Shown: positions 54,401-64,000 of the stretch, in pieces
How positions within the stretch are numbered: position 1 is the first letter of the stretch
How the letters are laid out: each line of letters opens with the position of its first letter
DNA from: Octopus sinensis
Lineage: Eukaryota
NCBI RefSeq assembly: GCF_006345805.1
Contig: NC_043008.1
Location: forward strand, 48,236,001-48,300,000
DNA length: 64,000 nt
Reading direction: 5' to 3'
Notes under the pieces: generated by a model
What the model was told of the DNA's origin: nothing
What the model saw: the letters and a program-made list of their open reading frames with translations, nothing else
The model's database searches: none
Translations under genes and position numbers: made by a program

Positions 54401-57400
54401 TAGAATTTTAAATATTTTTATGCTTACCACTTACTTGGAACTTATTAATTAAAATACTTATATCACAAAATTATTTTAAAATTAGAAAGAATCCCCAAGA
54501 TAGAAGAACATTTGACACTATCCAGATAATGACCACCCTTACTGTATGCGTTTATGTTTTCAAAGAATATAAGATATTCAAATGACAGCAGCCAAAACAA
54601 ACAAATTTCTTTGGAGCCATTTAAAATAGAAAAATGGTTAATGAATCTCTGAAGCTGTAAAATTATGTCTAACATGAATTGTAGAAACAAACCAATCAGG
54701 ATTTCTATTCATTTGTTATTAATATTCTAAGAATCAATTTTGAAAAACAAATCCTACTTTCCACTCAAGTAAACCTCGGAACTTATTTACACAGAGATGG
54801 ACAGAACACTTAATCAGATTTTCAGAACAATGAAACATTTGAGGAAATTCTTTACAACTTCTATTACCTGAGACATTACACCTGTTTGATATTGTGAAAT
54901 GACAGTAATTTAGCATAACCTTTATTAATTGATATTTATTCATTTTAATCATGGAAAAAAAAAAAATACTTTTCAGACCATTACCCATTTAGCTGGTAAC
55001 CACTGAGATGGTTCCATCAAATGGTGATGCTCTGAACAGAAATAGTTCCTGTAAAATGATGGTAGACAAAAATAGTTATTATTAATAACATGTTCCAGAC
55101 ACCACAAATATACTAAAATCATACAAAATGAGAAAGCGAAGGGATGGAAAATAATGGAAAAAAAACTCACCCTTAACTTACAAATGGGAGATTGATATCA
55201 GAAAAGAGAAAAAAACAACTTTAAAAAAAAAAAACTGTTGAAGACAAGACATGCTCCAACTACTTCCACAAGCAACAAAAGATGAAGAAACCATCAAGAC
55301 AGAAGACATATAAGGAAAACATGCTGCAGTCAGCGAGGAACGGAAGAGACAACAGACACACAGTGAATACCATGCTCCAACCAACAGGCAAACCAATATA
55401 TACACAAACACACATATATATATATAGTGGATTTTTTAGTCCATTCTTAAGTCAGCTCATAAAAAGGAGGAATTTATGCAATTTTTCTACCTCTTCCTTT
55501 CCAGTCAGAAAAGGAAAACCTCCATTTTAAGGTTTAGTAATTTTCTAATGAAACCTATAAAAAAAAAGGGGGGAAATTCTGATAACTCCCCCACCCCCCA
55601 CCCAATACTGTGAGTCAATAGTTTCACATAGTCAAATTGTACTTTAATGATATTTCCATGGTTTCATGGAATCAGAGGGAAGTGGAGTAAAAACTATTCT
55701 CATAGATTTTTTGGTTTAAATTCAGTCAACAACAGCAAAGGTTTTGTTTTCATTTGTAGATTTTGTTTTTTATAAAGTATGTATCACAGAAAAGAAAAAA
55801 TCCAGATCTCACAGTGAAAATCAAGGAACTAAATCTAAAGTATTCACAGAAAATCTGCTGGCATCCAAGAAATGTACCAATATCATTGCAAACCAAACAT
55901 ACATTTACGAAAGCCAACTAACCTCAAAGCAAATGAAATGCAGCAGGACATGGCTTTGACAACAACATGCTGAAGGAAATTTTAGATTTGGAGAAGAAGA
56001 AGCAGAACTGACCAAAACAAGAACAACCAAGACAATCAGTACAAGACAGGTCAATACCACAAACAACAACAGCAACAACAACAACAACAACAACAGAGAA
56101 AACAACAAAAAACTCTTATTTTCATCAAATTTTAAAAAAGCTGAAGTTCAAAAAAAAGAAAAACAAAAATTCATGCAAAAACCAAGAATCATGCAAAAAC
56201 ACAGAGAACAACAAGGAGAATGCGTGCAAGGTGTGCGGGTGTTCACTAGAATTCATGCATTTTGGTGTTTTGAATGAGAGGAGGTGAAGAAGAAGAAGAA
56301 GAAGAAGAAAGGCCAAAACAATATACAGTCGGGTGTAATTGCGCTGAAGCTGCCACCAGCCACCATCCTGTATTTCTGCAACTCTGCCGTTACTACCACC
56401 TCCACCACCACCACCAGGACGATGGATCGGTCTAATAAGGGTCATCAAGAGCTATCATGTATATCTATTATGGTGCCATTCCAATCCAAAGAATGTCTTC
56501 AAATGAATGGAGGTACAATATTTCCTCAATACAAAGTTGACAAAGGCTTAGCTTCCTAAAACTTGGTGATACAAAATAACCAGTTAATCAATATTAACAA
56601 TATGGTATGATCAACAATCAATACATACTGCAGGGTTAGATATTCTATATTGAACACAGATCAGACTATGTTATGTGCTTCTAATATATAACGGTGAACA
56701 GTGGAAGTTCCAAACCCTCTGTGCTTACAATAATCCTACAATATCTCTATGAAAAGTATGTCACTGTCTTGTAGAGTGAGTGTTTGTGTGCGCACACACA
56801 CACACACACACACAGATAGATATACACACACATAAATGTGTGTGTGTGTGTTTTGTGTGAAACTCCTTGTCTTAACATCGCATGGTAGTTGTAGATGAGC
56901 ATCACAATGTCAAACAAGCAAGGTCCTTCATTTCTAGTCTCCTATTAAATGCGTCCAGCCAAGGGGAAACAGGAAACTGCCTGGAAACAGGTGACGGTCG
57001 ATGAGAGAGGAAGTGCATCCAGCTGTGGAAATTCTGCTTCCACAAATTTCCTCTGCCCAATCCAAGCATGGGAAACGGAACTCCAAAGCAATCACACACA
57101 CACACACCATTTTGTAATAGTTATTGGATGCTGTGGACACTTTATAACTGTTTCTGGTTGTGGTGTCCATAGCACCACGTACCATCTAAGCTAGTAAACC
57201 TGCATTCCTAACCAGGCAATGTGCACTAACTATGCATATTATTATTATATTGCAGAAGTGTTTAAGCCAGGAAGTGCAACAAGGTGAAATTTCACAATCA
57301 AGTCAAACTACCCACAACTATGATTATAACAGGAAAACTACCTGAGACTATCGTAAATGTAGGGAACACAACAAAAATACGCAGGGTAACTAGATCCCCT

Positions 57401-58218
57401 AAAATCTGCCGCCAAGAAACAATGGGAGTAAATGTTCAAATATTCTTACTTCAAACTGAATTGATAATTCTAATTCGACATTTAAAAGTTTCATCAGGAG
57501 ATTCAAAAGCCAACAACAATATCCAGACGAATCTAAATATTCTATCAACAACCAACACATCAACAAGAGAAAAAAGAATATACAATATCCAATAATTAAT
57601 CTATAAAAACTATTGACACTAACTGCAGAATGCCTAATAATATTTCATCAAAACTTAATAAAAACAGAGAGAAATTAGTTCAGACGTTTTCTTAGTTTAA
57701 AATAAATAAATAAATAAAATAGTTAATAATAAACATAATATTAATGATGACTGAAATCAGTTCAGGAACCAATTTCGGTTTCTATCTGAAGAATTGAAAA
57801 AGGAAGAAAAATGAAATGCAATGTTGAACTAGGAATTAGAAAAAAAATTTGGGAGGATTTTTTCAAATTTTTGTTTTATCAGTTATTCTATTGCAAATTA
57901 AAATTAATTTTTTTGTTAAAAATATTTCATCTTACGTTGAATCATGGAAGTGATTAACAAGAAAGGTTCCATATTGAATGGAAACAAATTAAGGAACTAT
58001 TAATATTCCAAGAATTGTTCCTGAAAATATTGATGAAATCCTACCACACCTGTTGGATATTTTCTGACATAAATGATTTAAATGTGCATGTATGTGTGAG
58101 TTAATTAACCAACAGATAATTGTCAGCATTTACTTAAAATACAGATAACTGTGTGTATGTAATTAATTCCATATCAAGGAAATACAAAGCTGCATAAAGT
58201 TAACTAAGTTTTTCTCAG

Positions 58219-58254
<36 letters not shown>

Positions 58255-59147
58255 GTATATTTACCTATAAATAGTTCATAGACGAGAATCGGATATTCTC
58301 CGTATAGAATACACTCAGTAGTGCTCAAGAGATTTAAACTTGAGTGGGTAGAGAAGTAAATGCAGGGACAGGAAAGTTGATATACAAAAAATATTGAATA
58401 CCGTTAATAGAAAAAAATGTATATTTGGTTACAGATACAAACAGGTCTGACTTACACAGAACAGAAATGATATCAAGAATTAAAGGGGTTGAATTAAATT
58501 GGATTTGTAACACTTTTCTGTAATTCTAACCCCTTTAATTCATCATATCATTTCTATTCTGTGTAACTTGGACTTTTTTGTATCTAACCAAATATACATT
58601 TTTTCTTTTAAATGTATTAAATATTCTTTGTATACTGACTTGCCTAACTTGCTTATCATTACATTTACTCATATATATAGATATATGTAGATATATACAT
58701 ATATCACATACATATATATACATACATACACACACATATCTATACATATATTAGTTAATATGTGTGTGTGTCTGTGCACACACACACACATATATATACA
58801 TACACAAACATAACTAGTGTGTGTGTGCAAACAATTTGAAATTCTACGTTCAGTTTCTCTGTTAAAAATCACTAAACCCAAAAGGTTTAAAGATCTCCAA
58901 AGCAATGGAAACGTTAAATAAACTCGTGTTTTAATATAAACCTTGTTCTTAAATTGAAACATAAAGATGTGAGAACCAAAGAACTTTTTAATACTTTTCC
59001 CTAACAAGCATAACAAAATAATTATAACTTGTGCTTTTTTTTGTTGTCGTTTTTAACAGAATCATTAACAATTAGAAAAGACTGGAAGAAGTGAGAAACT
59101 GATTAAAAGAAAAAAAATCTTCCAAAACCAAAGATTCTCTTGTTTAC

Positions 59148-61759
59148 CTATCTAAAGCAAATTCGAGCAGATCTTCATAGCTGACACTGTCGGAGGTCTT
59201 GTAGTTGGCAGACATTGGGGAGAGATCTTCGGAACTTTCATTATCAGAGTATTTCCACCTCGAAACATTCCCAGTTTTACACCAAAATGGGTCTTGATGG
59301 TTATAGAATCCCAACTGTTCTAAATTATACTGTACCACTTGTAAACGGTACCTCCTACGTGGGAAAGTGGAACACCCAGACTGTCCTGAAATCATGCTAG
59401 ACGCCTCTCTAGAAGAAGAGTCATGAAGGGGTGGGACTAGGGAATGAGTTGAAATGGGAGGAGATAGGGAGGTTGGTGGTGTTGGTGAAGCTGATGACGA
59501 CAATGCTGGTGACGTTGGAAATGGATGTGGCGATGGTGGAGGAGGAGGAGGGGGAGGAGGTGGGGCCGTTGTCGGCATGGGGCAGTAGTCCGTTTGGCAA
59601 GGAACAAACACATTGTCGTCGTCGTCATCATCATCAGCATCGTTCTCATCAAAGTCTATTGGCGGGGGTGGAGCCGGTGGGAGAGAAGGAATATCATGCA
59701 AACAGTTAATAAAGAGGGGCCGGGGTTTGGCTGGAGAGGTAGTGGTGGCGGTGGTGGTAGTGGTAGTAGTGGTCATCACAGTGGTTGCAGCAGAGCAAGA
59801 GGCAGAAGAGTGGACGGATACAGAAGTGGAAACTCTGGAGTAAGAAGAGTCGCTATGGCGCAATAGGGGGTACTTCCTGGCCCGTGGCTTGGCGTTGAGC
59901 AGTTCATCTGGCCTCAACGGCTTACGCGGTGGCAACTGTGGTGGGAAACATTTATCTAGAGCAGGCATGCTTTCACTAGAACTGCTGTAGGTGCGGGGCG
60001 GAACCACAGGCGTGCGTCGTGGCACGAGATGAGGAGGCATTGAATCAATGATGTCACTTTTGTAGCCCCGAGACAAACTGATGGCTGCATGCTGAGAAAT
60101 TGTTGTTGTAGAAGTAGTAGTAGAGGTAGCAGTACAAGTAACAACAACAGTTGGACTAGTAAACTGTAACCTAGGCAACGGAAGAGATGGGGGTTTCATA
60201 CCTTGTCCACGCCCTCCTCGAATAGGAATGGCACCGCCACGCAGCATTCGTAAAGGGTTTGTATCAACTTCTTCATCTTCACCATTTGCAGTTGGAACAA
60301 CTTTAGTTGGAATTCCTTGTGGTTCCCTTAAATTCCGGATATGAGAGTGATCCATACTCTCAGTGGACATAGCTCGTTGGTGATCCATTGAACGCCGAAT
60401 TCGGCTCTCTCGAGCTAACTTACTCATAATTTCTCGTGGTGAAGGTTCTGCGAATTCTTCATCGAAACTCATCTTAGGTGATGAAATGCCAAATCTTTCT
60501 GAGTGGCTATCAGATCTCCTATCATAACCTCCACCTAGCTTATCTCTTGATTCTGTCTCCAAATCCCGATCCTCAACAGATCTCTCAGAACTGGATGCTG
60601 GAGAAGACTCTTTACTAAAGGAAAACGAGTCAAGACTCAAAGAATGATGTCCGTTCTCTCTATCAACACTGTGTGCTCTCTCAACAACAGGTTCTGCTTT
60701 AGGAATAGCAGTAGGGGGTGGTGGTGGAGGGACATCCATTCTGGGTAATGGTTCCGACCGTTGTTGAGATTCGGATCGTTCTAATCTAGGTGGAGACTCT
60801 TTTCTAAAAGAATACTCAATCTTAGTTGGAGGGGGAATTTTGCTGGGGTGGGGGATACGAGAAGGGTGCTCAGATTTCAGAGGATATTCAATTTTGCTTT
60901 CCATTTTCGGGAAGTCTGTTTTGGGCAAAATCTCTGGTTTAACTGCAATCTCTGGTTTACTTTGAGACTCTGACTTGATGGAAGATTCAGTTTTAATAGG
61001 GTAGTCGAATTTCGGTTCACTTCTTGACAAATGATCAGTCCTAGGGGGAGTTTCAGGAAGAGGCGGCGCTTCTTTTGGTTGGTCTATTTGTGGAACAATA
61101 TCTGGTTTGGGAGGCAATTCCGGTTTGGTTACTTCTGGCTTTGTAATTGACTCGATGCGAGGGGTAGGCTCTACTCTGTGTTCTGGACGTGGTTTCGGTA
61201 TAGGTGGTGGCTCAATTTTAGACATAGCTGCCCGGGATTTGCTCAGTGGCTTTATGTCTGAGTCTTTTCTTGTAATTGTAGCAGTGGGAAGGGTAGCAGT
61301 AGAGGAAAATGAGCTGGATTCTGGTTCTGCTTTGTTTGGAGATAATTCAGTATTAATAGTTAGTTCTTGTGAGAGAGATTCTACAGCTGGAGATGAGGGA
61401 GAGCTCTCTTTCCCTGCACCTTTCATTACAAGTATATTGTAAGCTTCTTGAGACTCTGGTGGAAGATCATCATCGAGGTCGGCTTTCATTGCAATCTCTT
61501 CAGTGAATGTCTTTTTGCGCTCCTGTTTAGGACTCCGCTTCATAGATATCTTCAATTTTTGGATGAGCTTTGGAGAGTCTGAACTGGTTTCAGATTTTGG
61601 ACTCAGTTGGTCATCGTCCATGTTCATTTTATTGCACTGCATGGCAAACTCGTTTGCTAAAGCTATGGCATTGTTAATCATTTTCTCATCATGAGCAGAC
61701 ATAGGTTTGACTTTTGCTTGCTTCTTTCCTTCAGATTTAGGCTCCCGGGGGGGAGTTTC
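59148..61759 (-). CDS. Large internal Pro/Ser-rich coding exon of an ACK-family non-receptor tyrosine kinase (kinase/SH3/CRIB exons not seen in this window)
   Basis: 883-aa ORF in the track. Acceptor ttttctatttcag|GAA at 61759 (phase 0) and donor AG|GTAAAC at 59148 (phase 2); 2612 bp. Many PxxP motifs (PPPIPKPR, PELPPKP, PPQLPPRKP). Splices in frame to the downstream UBA exons. Confidence 0.9.
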
Positions 61760-62607
61760 CTGAAATAGAAAACACAAGGATACTAAGGTACACACACATG
61801 CTTACTACACAACACTAGCACTACTTTTGGGGGTTTTATCAGCCCACAATAATCCCACAACAATACCCACACTCTATTGATATTCAAACCATTATTCTCA
61901 TCAATATAAATTTGATAATTGGTTTCTCATTCCAAAATATTGATTTTCCTTTTATTTTTACCCAACTTTTAAATGTGAAAAATATTAGAGAAGCTTTCTT
62001 TAATAAAAGAAATTAAATTTAAATAATTAAAACAAATCAATTTTTCTAGATTTGTTTGTCAATTCACAGCAAAATTGTGTGAAGGAATTGGTAGGAATGA
62101 TTTTGCAAATAGAAGTGAATTTCAATTTGAGTTCACAGAGAATATTTGGTTCTTTAGTTTAACCAGCATGGCAAAGGCAATGGTGAAGCACTGTCCTTAT
62201 TGTAAGACTTCAATTCTCTGGTTTTACTTTTTTACATTTTTTTATGTCATCTTAATTTTTAAGAAATCCAAGACTATTCTATTGTTTTCGACAACTGAAA
62301 TGGAATTGTAAGGTGAGAAGGGATATTGAAGACATGCTGAAGAGGAAAGAAATTTACAAGAAATTATGCCAAAAGAAAGAAAAGGTAAAATTCAGATGTT
62401 TAAGAAGATTAATAGGTAAAAAAACAATTAGGTGAAGAAAAATGAAGATTAAAGAATGTGGATTAGAAAGATTGACCCATTAATGAGGTGTGTTAATCTT
62501 TGTCCAAGCCAAAAAGCTAGCATTTGCCAAAATTTTGAGACATAGAACTTCAAGTCTCATTTCTATGCAAGCAGTGAATGATTATTGGCAATAATATAAA
62601 CCAGTAA

Positions 62608-62651
<44 letters not shown>

Positions 62652-62652
<1 letters not shown>

Positions 62653-62860
62653 TTCTAATTTTGGCACATTGCCAGCAAATTTGAGGGGAGGGGCAAGCCA
62701 GTCATGTCACTCCCTGTGCTCAACTGGTGCTTATTTTATCAACTCCGAAAGGATGAAAGGCAAAGTGAACGTCAGTGACATTTGAACTTAGAACCATGAA
62801 GGGCCAAAAGAAATGTTGCTAAGCATTTTGTCCAACGCGCTAACGCTTCTGCCAGCTTGC
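62652..62860 (-). mobile_element. tRNA-derived SINE, family C, with (TTA)n tail
   Basis: Minus strand GCTGGCAGAAGCGTTAGCGCG...GTTCAAATG...CCTTTCATCCTTTCGGAGTTGATAAAATAAGCACCAG. (AAT)n at 62608-62651. Confidence 0.8.
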
Positions 62861-63636
62861 TGCCTGGATGATGATGATGATGATGATGATGATAATAAAA
62901 CAAACAATAAATGGTTAGATGAAGTTAAGAGCATGAGTATTTTGGAATGGTTAATATATGTGTTCCACACTGCAATCAATTTAGTTCCAACAAACTTTCT
63001 CAGATGAAATCACTTGCCTGGCAAGTTACACCTCTGAAATAATAATGTTCACGGTGAAATTTCTAACACCAAATTCAGGAAACTGATTTTGTAGATTAAA
63101 CATGTAAATGAATGTTACTTCTTCTTTCAAATGTAATGAAAACAGGAGAACCTTCTCCAAGTGGAGATTGCCATTTAGTTCTTTGAGTACATTCTAACAT
63201 TATGTAGTATGAATGGAATGACATCCAAACTAATTAAATAATTAAATAACAAAATATGAACTTTATTAAAAGGGGGAAAAAAAAAAGGAACTTTAATGTA
63301 TTTCAGCAAAAGGATCAAAATGGTACAAAATAGTAAAATCAGAAACGGTTTAACAAATGACTAAAACACACACACACATAGATACACCTGCAAAAGAGAA
63401 GCACAAAATATTTCAATGCTGCATTTTCTATGTCAGTACCAAATCCCTTTGCTTGAATTAATTTCTAACAATAGCCATTAAAAAATTCATTTAACAAAAT
63501 ATTTAAGAATGCAAAACTATTTCTGGTGGAATCAGTGAAGGAAAGAGAGCAAGATTTATCAGTGCATCATAATAGCCAGATGGTTCAATAGCTTCAACAA
63601 CCAAGATAGGATGACACTAATCTGAATATAGTAATG

Positions 63637-63930
63637 ACTTGACTTGACTTGAGACAGCATTCACCCGGGGTGGGTTGAGCTGGCTTCATCCATCCTCAAT
63701 GCTGCATCTCTCACAAATGCCGACCAGACCTGGTGATTTGAGGCTAATGACAGCGTGATCTTCAACCACTCCTTATTCCAGCGACGAATGCCGTAGATAT
63801 GGGAGCCTAGGTTGGGTTCCAGATCAGCCTTGACTGTCATCAGCCAGGTTTTTCGTTGTCCACCACATCGCTTTCGCCAACCCTGAAGGGGACCTGGGGC
63901 AATTGCTTCGTAGATGAATTCATCTACGAA
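63637..63930 (-). mobile_element. 3' fragment of a second RTE-type LINE family with (CAAGT)n tail
   Basis: GWRKRCGGQRKTWLMTVKADL...LASNHQVWSAFVRD followed by CAAGTCAAGTCAAGT. Confidence 0.8.
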
Positions 63931-64000
63931 TATAGTAATGGGTAATAACAATAGTAATAATTTGCCATCTCAGAAATTCCAATTATGAGCTATTCCAATT

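Noticed and set aside
56125-56448. 107-aa minus-strand ORF as an additional kinase exon
   Set aside because: The nearest acceptor gives early stops in the phases required by the upstream donors, and the ORF is partly built from GGT and CTT repeats.
59215-61694. Plus-strand ORFs overlapping the large exon
   Set aside because: Antisense shadows of the real minus-strand coding exon.

Overview
AT-rich, microsatellite-dense eukaryotic DNA. The SINE/RTE/microsatellite mix suggests a cephalopod (octopus-like) genome, which is an inference. The only well-supported host gene is the 3' part of a minus-strand ACK-family non-receptor tyrosine kinase: a 2.6-kb Pro/Ser-rich exon (59148-61759), a 52-bp exon (37855-37906) and a terminal tandem-UBA exon (36198-36413) that splice in frame. 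The rest is mobile DNA: RTE, CRE-like and CR1/Jockey-like LINE remnants, a decayed mariner transposase, a mariner-type MITE and at least three tRNA-SINE families. Most other ORFs in the track are microsatellite artefacts. The main unannotated signal is about ten type I hammerhead-ribozyme (HHR) motifs of the minimal Penelope-like kind, mostly in short elements embedded in (TA)n tracts. They include U3-A8 and U6 core variants. Two long inverted repeats have their inversion breakpoint inside the ribozyme, so the transcript would carry its own antisense arm; one lies about 2.1 kb downstream of the kinase stop codon on the same strand. All folds were assigned by eye and none is tested.
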